DNA of 64,000 bases from Bacillota bacterium (GCA_023437365.1 JAEZGK010000003.1:24922-88921), one strand, 5' to 3'. Positions 1 through 10,565 are shown, counted from the first letter of the stretch. Program-made: numbers and translations. Notes: generated by a model from the sequence alone, not told the origin.

Positions 1-363
1 CGTCTCAGGAGTGATATGATAGCCTGCAAGCAGCTCAACCTGCCCTATGGCACTAGCACCACCATGACTTCCCATTGCAGGAACAATAAATGGATTTGCA
101 CCCTTTGCTTTGACAAAGTCAACAATAGATTTTGTAATAATGTCCACATTGCGAATACCACGGCTTCCGGCGGTAATTGCTATATTCATACCACTTTTGA
201 TCTTGGAGGAAAATTGTGGCTGGGAGAGTTCCATCTCAACCACAGCCGGGATTTCCTCCGGTGATATGGATTGATTGGGGAAGGTTTGTCTCGCATGAAA
301 CATACGGGGGATTTCAACATCTGCCAAAAGAGCAGATACAGTACCATTTTTAATTACCTTCAT
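1..363 (-). CDS. Lactate racemase (LarA)/DUF2088-domain protein, N-terminal part (runs off window)
   Basis: Manual translation from ATG at 363 (RBS AAGGAG): MKVIKNG...IAITAGSRGIRN...PFIVPAMGSHGGA; these motifs are typical of LarA-like/DUF2088 proteins. Not in the ORF track. Confidence 0.7.
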   Translation of the reverse strand, partial: MKVIKNGTVSALLADVEIPRMFHARQTFPNQSISPEEIPAVVEMELSQPQFSSKIKSGMNIAITAGSRGIRNVDIITKSIVDFVKAKGANPFIVPAMGSHGGASAIGQVELLAGYHITPET

Positions 364-565
364 TTACCTATCTCCTTATGATGTTAATACATATTGAGGT
401 TTTGATAATATCCTAGGTATTTATTGCTTCGGTATGCTTTAGCTACCTTTATCATTATGAAGAATATTGCTTTATTATTTGTATTGTAAATGATTAGTAT
501 GCACCAGTCAAATTTGATAATCTTAGCTATGACTTAGTTATTCTTATTCACGGAAAGGATATAAC

Positions 566-1474
566 ATGGATGTAAGACAGATGGAATATATCATAAAAAT
601 TGCAGAAGAAAGCTGTATTAACCAGGCTGCTAAAAAGCTTTTTATTACTCAATCCGCACTGAACCAACAGCTCTTAAAATTAGAAAAAGAGCTTGGAGTA
701 AAGCTGTTTCAACGCTCACAAAGGTATATGTTACTCACAGAAGCCGGTGAAATATACGTAAAGAATGCAAAAGAGATTATAAAAATAAAAGAGGAAACCT
801 ACAGCAGAATTCATGATTTAGCAGATGAAATCAAGGGTAAACTTTCGATTGGCCTGCTACCGGAGAGAGGAGCAGCAATTTTCTCCTCCATATATCCTAA
901 GTTTTATAGCAAATATCCGGATTTAAAGATCATTCCTACAGAGCAGAATGTAAAAGAACAGCTGAAATGTATCGAAAAGGGAGAGTTAGATATCGGGCTG
1001 GTTACGGTCAGGGAGCAGCATAAGGAAGGGACTCAGTTTATTCACATCTGTAAGGAGGAGTTCGTGCTTGTAGTTCCCAGAAACCATCCGCTTGCACACC
1101 TTGGGGCAGCTTATCAAAGCTCTTATCCGACCATTACTCTGGATTATTTTAAAAATGATTCCTTTTTGTTGGTTTATCATAATTCTACTATGAGGGATGT
1201 TGTGGATGAGTTTTTTGCCCGGGAAGGCTTTACACCAAAGATATTAATTGAATCCCTGCGCTGCGAAACCTTATTTACGATTGCAGAACAGGGATTAGGT
1301 TGTACTATTTTACCTTCAAGCTATATCAAGGCTTCTGATCAGGTAGTATATTTTTCTCTTCCTGTTCCGAATGAGTGGGAAATCGCTGTTGCCTATAGGA
1401 AGGGCAGCTATCTGACGATACCGGAAAAAGAACTAATTCAATTAATAAAAGATTATTTTCTAAATCACGATTGA
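566..1474 (+). CDS. LysR-family transcriptional regulator
   Basis: N-terminal HTH (AAKKLFITQSALNQQLLKLEKELGVKLF); 302 aa. Confidence 0.95.
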   Translation: MDVRQMEYIIKIAEESCINQAAKKLFITQSALNQQLLKLEKELGVKLFQRSQRYMLLTEAGEIYVKNAKEIIKIKEETYSRIHDLADEIKGKLSIGLLPERGAAIFSSIYPKFYSKYPDLKIIPTEQNVKEQLKCIEKGELDIGLVTVREQHKEGTQFIHICKEEFVLVVPRNHPLAHLGAAYQSSYPTITLDYFKNDSFLLVYHNSTMRDVVDEFFAREGFTPKILIESLRCETLFTIAEQGLGCTILPSSYIKASDQVVYFSLPVPNEWEIAVAYRKGSYLTIPEKELIQLIKDYFLNHD

Positions 1475-1551
1475 GTCTGGAGTCTTCTATCTCATTAGCT
1501 TAGAGATATGAGAAAAATCAGTCTACTGTAATGAGTTAATATAAGGGAGCT

Positions 1552-2475
1552 TTAGGTGATAATATACGAAGTGTGGGTATGGTAATATTCCTTAGCCAGT
1601 GCAATCAAGGTCTGTACTGCGGGGGTAATTACCATATCCTTTTTATATGCAGCAACCAGCTTCCAATAGGGATGACAGTCTAATCGGTAATAAGAGATAT
1701 TTCTGCTGATATCCTTAAAGCCCTCAGGAATCATTGCTATACCGTTACCCTCTTCAATAATATTTATCGTGGTTTTAATATTATGAACCTCATTACATAT
1801 AGCAGGAGTAATCTGATACCTCCGGAATACAGAATCCTCAATCTCCCTTCGAATGGTATCCTTGGTAGCCAGAATAAATTTTACATCCTTGATCTGGTTC
1901 AGAGAGATACAAGGCAGCTCGCCCTCTCTATCCGGATAAGAAAGGGAAAAAGGAATGGATTTTGGAACAGCTAATATAAATTCCTCTTTCTTGATTTCAA
2001 CATAGGACAAAGCTTGAGAATCCGGTTGGTATATTGCAATAAAGGCTAGCTGAAAGGTATGATTCATCAGACCTTCATAAATATACTTGTATCTTCCGTC
2101 AGAAAAATCTACCCGTGTATTCGGATAAATGGACAGAAACTTTGGATAGATATCGGAAATCATATTTCCGGCTATATTTAGAAAGAATCCGATCGAAATG
2201 TGGCCCGAATCTTTTGTGGTTAGGGCTGCTATTTGCTGGTAAAGTGCATCCTTTTGATCCAGCATTTGCTGTGCGGTGGCAAGGTATAAGCTCCCCGCCT
2301 GTGTTGGGAGCAATTCTTTCTTAGTTCGCTCAAATAAAGGAGTACCAAGCTCCTTTTCCAGTCTCGTAAGATATACGCTAAGGGTGGGTTGGGATATATA
2401 AAGCTTTTTTGCCGCCTTGGATATGCTCTTTTCATTACCTATTTCAACAATATACTGTAAGTATTTAAGATCCAT
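1552..2475 (-). CDS. LysR-family transcriptional regulator
   Basis: HTH SISKAAKKLYISQPTLS; divergent from the oxidoreductase operon. Confidence 0.95.
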   Translation of the reverse strand: MDLKYLQYIVEIGNEKSISKAAKKLYISQPTLSVYLTRLEKELGTPLFERTKKELLPTQAGSLYLATAQQMLDQKDALYQQIAALTTKDSGHISIGFFLNIAGNMISDIYPKFLSIYPNTRVDFSDGRYKYIYEGLMNHTFQLAFIAIYQPDSQALSYVEIKKEEFILAVPKSIPFSLSYPDREGELPCISLNQIKDVKFILATKDTIRREIEDSVFRRYQITPAICNEVHNIKTTINIIEEGNGIAMIPEGFKDISRNISYYRLDCHPYWKLVAAYKKDMVITPAVQTLIALAKEYYHTHTSYIIT

Positions 2476-2527
2476 AATTACTCCATTCTTTTCATTTACG
2501 CGTAAGTCAATGTAGGCTTTTCTGGTT

Positions 2528-2542
2528 ATAGTTTTTCCCTAT
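2528..2542. promoter_or_regulatory. Putative LysR recognition site
   Basis: ATAG-N7-CTAT (T-N11-A) palindrome between the divergent LysR gene and the operon. Confidence 0.55.
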
Positions 2543-2652
2543 AGTGCAATAGTTATAATGAATTGGAGAAAAACACTTACTTTTAGTATAATATTTATAA
2601 AATAAATAATCAAGATTTGAATAGCACCTTAAAAGAAAGGAAGATATATTTT

Positions 2653-4107
2653 ATGGCAGCAGAATATGATGTTTTGATTATTGGAGCCGGTGTTGTTGGG
2701 TGTGCGGTTGCAAGAGAAATGTCACGATACAGTTTAAAGATAGGTGTATTAGAAAAGGAGATGGACGTGGCCCTTGGCAGCTCAGGCAGAAATTCCGGTG
2801 TTCTTCATGGAGGGTTTACCTATAAAACAGGATCATTAAAGGCTCAGTGCTGTATTGAAGGAAATCAGGAATTTGATGAAGTGGCGAAGGAGCTGGATGT
2901 TCCCTTCAAGAGAATCGGCAAGGTGGTTGTAGGCTTTACAGAGAAGGATGCCAAGAGTCTCGAACGGTTCAAAGCGATTGGTGATGCAAATGGAGCAGTA
3001 GGTCTTACAATGATCAGTAAAGAACAATTGCAGGAGCTTGATTCTTCCGCAGGTGGAGAATTTGCCATGTATTCACCAAATTCAGGAATTCTTGATCCGA
3101 TGGCCTATACGATAGCACTTGCTGAGAATGCCAAAATGAATGGAGTGGATTTTCATTTTGACAGTAAAGTAACCGAGATTAACCGTGTGGAAGGTATCTA
3201 TGAATTAACTACTCCAAACCGCGTATTTACTACAAGGTGGGTTGTTAATTGTGCAGGATTATACAGCGCGGAGATTTCGTCAATGCTGGGAATCGAGGGA
3301 TATACGATTCGTGGATTTAAGGGAGAATATATCATACTGGATAAAAAAGCAGGTAAGCATCTAAATCTTCCGGTATATCCTGCACCGAATGATAAGGGTG
3401 GGTTTGCAACACACGCAACTCCTACGGTACACGGTAATGTCTTGATTGGTCCTGACTCCTATATCACGGAGGATTTTGAGGACTACGGAGTGACAAAAAA
3501 ACAAATGGATGGGTTGGTTGCAGATGGTCAGAAAATGTTCAAGTACGTGCAGAGAGATTATTTTATCCGTAATTTCTCGGGAATTCGTGCGAAACGAATC
3601 GATCCTACGACCGGAGAAGTACTTGATTTTGTATGTGAAGCAAGAGAAGAAGCGCCGAATACGATCAATTTGGTTGGAATAGAATCTCCCGGCTTAACAA
3701 GCGCACTGCCTTTGGCAAGACGAGCCGTCGCGTTTCTAAAGGAGAAGGAGCAGCCGGAACCCAATCCGGATTTTAATCCAATAAGAAAAGGAGTAATACG
3801 TTTTCACGAACAGGATTTGGAGACGCAGAAAAAGCTTGTTCAAGAAAACCCCGATTACGGTGAGATTGTTTGCCGCTGTGAGCAGATCACCAGGGCAGAA
3901 ATCATACAAGCAATCCACAATCCGTTAGGTGTCTGCTCAGTAACCAGCATAAAAAACCGTACCCGCGCTAGTATGGGAAGATGTCAGGGAGGCTATTGTG
4001 AAACCAGGATAGCAAAACTGATTGAAGAGGAGCTTGGAAAGCAGGAGACAGAGGTGTTGTTCTCCAAAAAGGAATCTAACATGTTTGTAGGGAGGGTGAG
4101 GAGCTAA
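2653..4107 (+). CDS. FAD-dependent oxidoreductase (GlpA/LhgO-like) with C-terminal BFD-like [2Fe-2S] domain
   Basis: GAGVVG Rossmann motif, SGRNSGVLHGG, GIESPGLTS, CRCE...GRCQGGYC; start set at MAAEYD. Confidence 0.85.
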   Translation: MAAEYDVLIIGAGVVGCAVAREMSRYSLKIGVLEKEMDVALGSSGRNSGVLHGGFTYKTGSLKAQCCIEGNQEFDEVAKELDVPFKRIGKVVVGFTEKDAKSLERFKAIGDANGAVGLTMISKEQLQELDSSAGGEFAMYSPNSGILDPMAYTIALAENAKMNGVDFHFDSKVTEINRVEGIYELTTPNRVFTTRWVVNCAGLYSAEISSMLGIEGYTIRGFKGEYIILDKKAGKHLNLPVYPAPNDKGGFATHATPTVHGNVLIGPDSYITEDFEDYGVTKKQMDGLVADGQKMFKYVQRDYFIRNFSGIRAKRIDPTTGEVLDFVCEAREEAPNTINLVGIESPGLTSALPLARRAVAFLKEKEQPEPNPDFNPIRKGVIRFHEQDLETQKKLVQENPDYGEIVCRCEQITRAEIIQAIHNPLGVCSVTSIKNRTRASMGRCQGGYCETRIAKLIEEELGKQETEVLFSKKESNMFVGRVRS

Positions 4108-5348
4108 TGTCACAACTTTCAAAGGATGTTGTTATTATTGGAGGAGGACCGGCGGGACTTGCCGCTGCCATTACTCTTTATAAAAAGGGCATCACGAATA
4201 TAATCATCATCGAGAGAGAGAAGAAGCTGGGTGGTATATTAAGACAGTGCATTCATGAAGGCTTTGGACTAACGCGCTTTAAGGAGGCTTTAAGCGGTCC
4301 GGAATATGCGAATCGTTTTATTGAAGAAGTGGAAACGATGGGTATTCCCTATATCACAGAGGCTACCGTGATCGATGTGACAAGTGAGAAGACAGTGATT
4401 GCTGCTTCTCCCAAAGGGATATTGGAGTATAAAGCAAAGGCAGTCATATTAGCCATGGGTTGCAGGGAGCGAACCAGAGGAGCAATCAGTATTCCTGGCA
4501 CCAGACCAGCCGGTATCTACAATGCAGGAGTTGCACAAGCCTATATTAACCTATACAACAAAATGGTCGGAAAGGAAGTCGTCATCCTGGGCTCCGGAGA
4601 TATCGGAATGATTATGGCGCGCAGATTAACACTTGAGGGCGCGAGAGTAAAGGCGGTTTTTGAGATACAGCCATATGCGAGCGGACTTCCCCGCAATATT
4701 GAGCAATGCTTAAATGATTATAATATCCCCTTGTACTTAAGCCATACGGTTGTAAATATCAAGGGTCAAGCCAGAATCGAGAGCATAACAGTAGCTCAGG
4801 TGGATGAAGGTTTCAATCCGATCCCGGGTACGGAGAAAGAAATTACCTGCGATACCTTAATTCTATCCGTGGGATTAATACCGGAGAACGAGTTGTCACT
4901 GGAAGCCGGAGTGGAGCTTGATACCAGAACCAAAGGTGCAATTGTTGATGAAAATTACCAAACAAATATAGATGGTATCTTTGCAGCAGGAAATGTCCTC
5001 CAGGTGCATGACCTTGTAGACTTTGTTTCCTTAGAAGCAGAGAATACAGCGAACGCTGTTGTAACATATATAAAGGAAAAGGAGCATACCAAATGCAGTC
5101 TGGAAGTGAAAGCGGATAGGAATATCATCTATACGGTACCACAACGCATCAGTGCTACCCGAGATTTTAAATTATATTTTCGTGTAAGAAGACCGATGAA
5201 GGACTGCGAAATACAGATAAAGCAGAACAATAAGACCATAAAAACAGTTAAACAGAAAAAAGCATTACCGGCGGAAATGATACAGATACCGATTTCCTGT
5301 AAGGATCTGATTTCGGATGCAGATTTGGAGGTTGTGATTCAATGCTAA
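4107..5348 (+). CDS. NAD(P)/FAD-dependent pyridine nucleotide-disulfide oxidoreductase
   Basis: GGGPAG, GGILRQCIHEGFG, GSGDIG; translationally coupled to the previous gene. Confidence 0.85.
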   Translation: MSQLSKDVVIIGGGPAGLAAAITLYKKGITNIIIIEREKKLGGILRQCIHEGFGLTRFKEALSGPEYANRFIEEVETMGIPYITEATVIDVTSEKTVIAASPKGILEYKAKAVILAMGCRERTRGAISIPGTRPAGIYNAGVAQAYINLYNKMVGKEVVILGSGDIGMIMARRLTLEGARVKAVFEIQPYASGLPRNIEQCLNDYNIPLYLSHTVVNIKGQARIESITVAQVDEGFNPIPGTEKEITCDTLILSVGLIPENELSLEAGVELDTRTKGAIVDENYQTNIDGIFAAGNVLQVHDLVDFVSLEAENTANAVVTYIKEKEHTKCSLEVKADRNIIYTVPQRISATRDFKLYFRVRRPMKDCEIQIKQNNKTIKTVKQKKALPAEMIQIPISCKDLISDADLEVVIQC

Positions 5349-5716
5349 AAGAATATACCTGTATTATGTGTCCCAGAGGTTGTGATATTCAGGCCCAGGT
5401 GGAGAACGAAGCAATTTTATTCATCGAAGGAGCCAGCTGCCAAAAAGGAACCGATTACGTGAAGCAGGAGGTTACCGACCCAAGACGAAACATTGCTACC
5501 TCTGTGCTGGTGGAGAAGGGAGAACTTCCTCTGGTTAGTGTCAAATTGGATTCACCAATACCTAAAAACAAGATAATCGAGGCTATGGAGGAGATTAAAA
5601 GGATTAAAGTCCAGGCACCGATTAGGATTGGTCAGGTTTTACTTGCTAATATATTAGAGCTAAATTGTAATGTAGTGGCTACGAATAAAGTAGAACGTAG
5701 TATTTCACAGGTTTGA
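5342..5716 (+). CDS. DUF1667 family CxxC small protein
   Basis: TCIMCPRGC...CQKG; usual third gene of this oxidoreductase triad. Confidence 0.8.
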   Translation: MLKEYTCIMCPRGCDIQAQVENEAILFIEGASCQKGTDYVKQEVTDPRRNIATSVLVEKGELPLVSVKLDSPIPKNKIIEAMEEIKRIKVQAPIRIGQVLLANILELNCNVVATNKVERSISQV

Positions 5717-5919
5717 AGATATATTCCTGAGCTGTAACACGGAGAAGATTAGGTAATCAGCACCCTTAGACAGATGATTTTTTGTCTTTGGGTGCTTTTT
5801 ATTTTAGCATCAGAATTCTTTTCTTAGATTATCAATTATATCACCGAAGGGAGACCAGAGAATGTTCTTTCAGGTGTTTTTTGCATGAAATAAAGCTTGC
5901 GTAACTTACCGGCTTGATA

Positions 5920-5950
5920 TTGACATTAAAGTTACTTTAACCTTTATAAT
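5920..5950 (+). promoter_or_regulatory. MerR-type promoter with 19-bp spacer and operator palindrome
   Basis: TTGACA-19bp-TATAAT with TTAAAGT-T-ACTTTAA dyad inside the spacer. Confidence 0.8.
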
Positions 5951-6036
5951 GATGTGTGAAGGAAAAATTGATTAGAAAAGAGGAAAGAACCGTCATAGAG
6001 ACGTTACATGGTTGTTACTATGAAAGGCTTTGAATT

Positions 6037-6573
6037 ATGAAAGGACTTGATGCCATGAGTATGTCTCAAATTGAATTGAAACAAGAAGTTACGCGCAATG
6101 ATGCACAATCTATTCTTAGATGGATGAAAGATCACGAGATTACGAAATATTTAAATGAATCGGTGGACATTACTTCTGAATTACAGCAGACCATAGAAAG
6201 AGTCAATACAATGATAATGACTCATCTCTTTAATCGTTACGGTAGTTTTTATCTTATTTATTCGGATCAAACCGAGCCTATTGGGTTTTTAAAGCTGGTA
6301 AGAAAACCAAAGGAGACTGAGATAGTTGTTGTAATTGGTGATAAAAAAAGATGGGGAAAGGGATTAGGGAAAGCTTCTATAAAAAAAGGCTTAGACATTG
6401 CTTTCTTTCAATGGCGAGCCTCCCTTGTCATTGCTAAGATAAATCCGCAAAATGTACGATCAATGAAAGCATTTGAGAAATTGGGTTTTGTAGTGGTAAA
6501 TGAATATAAGAATTTGATGGTATATAGCCTGTCTGTTGATGATTATATTGCGAAGCTGACAAAGGAGATATAG
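6037..6573 (+). CDS. GNAT (RimJ/RimL-like) N-acetyltransferase
   Basis: RWGKGLG acetyl-CoA motif, NVRSMKAFEKLGF; start may be a few codons later. Confidence 0.85.
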   Translation: MKGLDAMSMSQIELKQEVTRNDAQSILRWMKDHEITKYLNESVDITSELQQTIERVNTMIMTHLFNRYGSFYLIYSDQTEPIGFLKLVRKPKETEIVVVIGDKKRWGKGLGKASIKKGLDIAFFQWRASLVIAKINPQNVRSMKAFEKLGFVVVNEYKNLMVYSLSVDDYIAKLTKEI

Positions 6574-6648
6574 TCTTTGATACTATTGATAATATTACGG
6601 CTAGAGAGATAAAATAAATATATACATTATTATTAGGATGGGATTAGC

Positions 6649-7389
6649 ATGAGAAACTATTTTTCGATAGGGGAAATATCAGATTTATTAGGCATTCCAA
6701 AATCTACACTTCGGTATTGGGAAAGTGAAGGATTGATAGATAAGCAACGGGATGATGTTAATAATTATCGAAGGTATAGTCCGAGTTCTCTTTTTACTAT
6801 ATCTGATCTGGCACATTATAGGTGCCTTCGAATGTCGCTGAATGATATGAAAAAGCTTCCTCATTTATCTCCGGATTCCTTGGAAGCCACTTTAGATGCA
6901 CTCAATCAGGATTTGGATAAGAAGCTTTTAGAGCTAAGGATGGCTAAGGATTATATCACAAAAAAGAAGGGTCATATCGAGGAATACCAGAAATTAATGA
7001 TAAACCAGTATCAGCCAGAGAATCCGGATTATCATCAAATTTATCAATTTTTCTTTGATGATACGGGAGCTTGGGCCACATATATTAGTGACCAATACCA
7101 GTCTATTTTAATTTATAACCCTGAGGAAAGCAATGTGGAGACAGGGTTAGTAATTCCAACACAGGATAATCATCCTAAGCTTTGGGAGAAGGATTCTTCA
7201 CGGCAGTATTTGTCCTTTGTATTAAAAGTTGCTTATAGCAACCCTACAGCAGAAGATTTTAAACCTCATATCCATCAACTAAAGGAACAAGGTTATCAAG
7301 TTAAAAGTATACTAGCCAGATATCTTTTTTCTGCTTGTGATGAAAGGTATTATGATTATTATAAGGCCTTCGCTGAGGTTGTTTCATAA
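6649..7389 (+). CDS. MerR-family transcriptional regulator
   Basis: FSIGEISDLLGIPKSTLRYWESEGLI...NNYRRY. Confidence 0.92.
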   Translation: MRNYFSIGEISDLLGIPKSTLRYWESEGLIDKQRDDVNNYRRYSPSSLFTISDLAHYRCLRMSLNDMKKLPHLSPDSLEATLDALNQDLDKKLLELRMAKDYITKKKGHIEEYQKLMINQYQPENPDYHQIYQFFFDDTGAWATYISDQYQSILIYNPEESNVETGLVIPTQDNHPKLWEKDSSRQYLSFVLKVAYSNPTAEDFKPHIHQLKEQGYQVKSILARYLFSACDERYYDYYKAFAEVVS

Positions 7390-7464
7390 AATAATACTGT
7401 AATATTAAGCTTTCATTGCTTTTTGTACATCCACTTATAACAATGGATCATGGAGGTTGGAGGA

Positions 7465-7842
7465 ATGTCTCAGGAAATTTATATTACGAAGAGTGATAAA
7501 TTGAAATTACTTGATTTTATAGACAAAATTGACCAAAGAGAGATGCGGCTAACGGAAAATCTCAGGGTTTTAATGGCCGAGATTAATAAAGCAATCGTTG
7601 TTGATCAGGAAGTTCCTGACAATGCTTTTGTTAAAATAAACAGCAAGGTGAATATGATTGTGGATCAGGAAGAAGAGGAAATCATATTGGTGTATCCTGA
7701 GGATGCGGATATCAAGAGCAATAAGGTTTCTGTGCTTTCTCCCATCGGAACTGCAATTCTGGGGTGTAGCGCGGGTAGCTGTGTAGAGTGGATTGTTCCT
7801 AATGGAACAGTACATATACTCATTCAAGGTATCATTGATTAA
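7465..7842 (+). CDS. GreA/GreB-family factor (Rnk-like)
   Basis: LVYPEDAD...VSVLSPIGTAILG; short N-terminus like Rnk. Confidence 0.85.
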   Translation: MSQEIYITKSDKLKLLDFIDKIDQREMRLTENLRVLMAEINKAIVVDQEVPDNAFVKINSKVNMIVDQEEEEIILVYPEDADIKSNKVSVLSPIGTAILGCSAGSCVEWIVPNGTVHILIQGIID

Positions 7843-8031
7843 TGTGTAAAAAATATTCTTGCGCAAGCAGTAAAACGTTAGTTCATAAGGATAATCCCTA
7901 GGTACTTGACGGTCAAGAATCCTAGGGACTTTTTTCATGGAAAAGCAAAATTTATAGTTGACTTTTTCATGCTTTTATAAGATAATATCTAATGCGGTGC
8001 TTCTGAGTAAGCATTCGCAACTTAGCAAAAT

Positions 8032-8105
8032 CGAGGCGTGGCTCAGTTTGGTAGAGCGCTGCGTTCGGGACGCAGAGGCCGTGGGTTCGAATCCCGTCGC
8101 CTCGA
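8032..8105 (+). tRNA. tRNA-Pro(CGG)
   Basis: Cloverleaf; anticodon arm CTGCG-TTCGGGA-CGCAG; GGTTCGAATCC T-arm. Confidence 0.97.
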
Positions 8106-8208
8106 CACTAAGACTCTTGAGTTTTCAAGGGTCTTTTTTTGTGTCGCATTTGTTGTTATAGGGGAGGAAGACCCTAGAACTATCGTGGACGGATATCCAA
8201 TCATTATT

Positions 8209-8679
8209 TTATGACTTATTAAGCAAATATATAGAATAGTTTAAATAAGCAGCAAATATACACCATAACATATATGGTATTTGCAAATAAGCTGCTACAG
8301 GATTAATTTTATAAAACTTTATCATCATAATACAGATGCAAACTATCAAAGCGATTAGCCATATGAATGCGAATAAATAATTTTGAAGGTTGAAAAAGAT
8401 GATAGACCAAATAAAATTAAATAGTAATTGAATAGCATACCAATTTAAGGCAGACTGTTTCATCGAACTATCAGAAGAATAAATAATATATGATGATATT
8501 CCCATCAAGACATATAATATTGTCCAGATTATCGGAAATATCATAGGAGGTGGAGCAAAATCAGGTTTAATGATCTGTCCATAATTAGACATAGCATCCT
8601 TAGTAAGAAATGCAGAAAGGCTTCCAACTGCAAGCGGAATAAAGATACATATGATGAACGAGATAAGTTTTTTACACAT
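8209..8679 (-). CDS. tspO: TspO/MBR tryptophan-rich sensory protein
   Basis: KPDFAPPPMIFPIIWTILY, PYMLWCIFAAYLN. Confidence 0.92.
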   Translation of the reverse strand: MCKKLISFIICIFIPLAVGSLSAFLTKDAMSNYGQIIKPDFAPPPMIFPIIWTILYVLMGISSYIIYSSDSSMKQSALNWYAIQLLFNFIWSIIFFNLQNYLFAFIWLIALIVCICIMMIKFYKINPVAAYLQIPYMLWCIFAAYLNYSIYLLNKS

Positions 8680-8913
8680 AATTGACCCCTCATTGTATTT
8701 ATAAAATTCTATTTCTTAATATTATTTTTATGCATTAAGAAGAGATAAAGCATGGAAAGGTATCCATAGTATAATCAGGTGGGTCTTTTGATTTAAGATC
8801 ATTTGGTAAGAAAATCTTTTCAAGCTTGACAAGTAAACGGATACGGGTATAGTATGTCTTTAATTTACACAAATTTCAATTTACATAAAAAGGGTGTAGG
8901 AATGGAGGATAGT

Positions 8914-9405
8914 ATGGGATTGAGAATCAGAGAAATGATGGATACGGATTGGGAAGCAGTGGCTTCCATATACCTGGAGGGAATTAAGACAAAGCGTGCA
9001 ACCTTCCAATCGGAGGTGCCAGCCTTTGAAGACTGGAACAAGTCCCATGTCAAAGCTTGCCGTATGGTTGCAGAGGAGGATAATCAGGTGGTGGGCTGGT
9101 CAGCCCTTAGTGCTGTCAGCAGTCGCTGTGTATATGCCGGAGTTGCTGAGGTTAGCATCTATATAAAAGCAGACTGTCGGGGGAAAGGTATCGGTGAGAG
9201 GTTACTTAGAGAGGTGATTCTGGAATCGGAGAAGGAAGGCTTCTGGACTCTGCAGTCAGGAATTATTGAAATCAATAAAGCTAGTATTGCTTTACATAAA
9301 AAAGCAGGCTTCCGCATGGTCGGCTACCGCGAAAGAATTGCCAAGGACCACAATGGTGAATGGCAGAATACGGTGCTGATGGAGAGGAGAAGCCCACTAT
9401 TTTAA
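8914..9405 (+). CDS. GNAT acetyltransferase (phosphinothricin/YncA-like)
   Basis: ATFQ, SRCVYAGVAEVSIY, RGKGIG, NKASIALHKKAGF; RBS GGAGG before 8914. Confidence 0.88.
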   Translation: MGLRIREMMDTDWEAVASIYLEGIKTKRATFQSEVPAFEDWNKSHVKACRMVAEEDNQVVGWSALSAVSSRCVYAGVAEVSIYIKADCRGKGIGERLLREVILESEKEGFWTLQSGIIEINKASIALHKKAGFRMVGYRERIAKDHNGEWQNTVLMERRSPLF

Positions 9406-9485
9406 TTCTGAAGCTCGAACCAAGTAATGACCTGAGGTAAGCTTGATAGGCAAGGGATAATCGATTATTCCTTTGAAGGTTAACA

Positions 9486-10364
9486 TTATATATTATGGAT
9501 CAAACTGTCCATATCTTCATCATCGGACACAACTTCGACTATTTGAAGATCCCGTTCTACGGACATGTTATGAAATTCATTATTGCAACGGATGAGAGGC
9601 TTTGTTTTTTCCTCAGGATTGATATAGACAATTTTACCAATCTGTTCATTACTCAGCCGTACAAAGCAGCCGCAATAATAATTTGTGATATTATTCATGA
9701 AAGCCTGACAGATCGATGGATCCAAAGCACCGAAACCACAATTTTGAATTTCCTCGATTGCTCTAAAGGGAGATGCTTTTATGTGATAGGACTTTTGTGC
9801 TGTCATAGCATCGAAGATATCTGCGATTGCAATGATTCTCCCGAACAGGCTGATGTCATTTCCTCTAAGACCGGACGGATAGCCGGAGCCATCATGCCGT
9901 TCATGATGGGACAGGATTCCCTCAAGGATATCAGGTTCCAGGGTGTCGCATTTTTCTAATATACGATATCCAACCTCAGAATGTGATCTCATGATCTCGA
10001 CTTCATCTTCCGTAAGTGATTCGGATTTGTTTAACAAACTGTCTCTGATTTTTGCTTTCCCTATATCATGTAATAGCCCGGTGCATACCAATCTGTAAAG
10101 CTTGGATGAGGGTAGGCTGATCCATTTTCCGATGAGATAAGAAATGCATGCGACATTGACCGGATGAGAGTACATATAGGGATATTTTCCCTGAACATTA
10201 TTTAAAAGATGAAAGAAATTTATATTAGTATATAACGTTTCACTGAGCTCAAAAGCACAGATTCTTATGGGTTCCAGATTAAGGCGTCTGCTGAAACGAA
10301 CATCCTCTATGAGGTCTTTCGATACCTTCATAGATTTGTGATAGACTTCATCAAAACTCTTCAT
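9486..10364 (-). CDS. HD-GYP domain phosphodiesterase
   Basis: LLHDIGK, HHERHDGSGYP, IADIFDAMT; start at MKSFDE. Confidence 0.92.
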   Translation of the reverse strand: MKSFDEVYHKSMKVSKDLIEDVRFSRRLNLEPIRICAFELSETLYTNINFFHLLNNVQGKYPYMYSHPVNVACISYLIGKWISLPSSKLYRLVCTGLLHDIGKAKIRDSLLNKSESLTEDEVEIMRSHSEVGYRILEKCDTLEPDILEGILSHHERHDGSGYPSGLRGNDISLFGRIIAIADIFDAMTAQKSYHIKASPFRAIEEIQNCGFGALDPSICQAFMNNITNYYCGCFVRLSNEQIGKIVYINPEEKTKPLIRCNNEFHNMSVERDLQIVEVVSDDEDMDSLIHNI

Positions 10365-10497
10365 ATGGTTTTCCCCCTTACATAGATTCCAAAGAAAATT
10401 TTCTTCTTTTGAAACAATATACACGAGAGAAAAATAAAAAACAACAGAATGGCACGAATGGCAAATAAATGGCATAAATGGCCCCAAGGCAACAAAA

Positions 10498-10539
10498 TAC
10501 TCCGACCCGGCGTAGAAATTCCCGCCTAGGATCGGAGTA
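10498..10539 (-). terminator. Intrinsic terminator after tRNA-Val
   Basis: TACTCCGA...TCGGAGTA hairpin with a T-rich tail on the minus strand. Confidence 0.65.
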
Positions 10540-10565
10540 GCTTGTTAATACAACGGTATATAGAA

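Noticed and set aside
5841..5882. Glycine-aptamer-like CACCGAAGG...CTTTCAGG
   Set aside because: Lacks the upstream GGAGA/P1-P2 elements; better explained as a hairpin plus T-run terminator.
7958..8161. ORFs overlapping tRNAs or the riboswitch (also 10378-10737 and 15408-15596)
   Set aside because: They overlap structured RNA genes and have no RBS or protein motifs.
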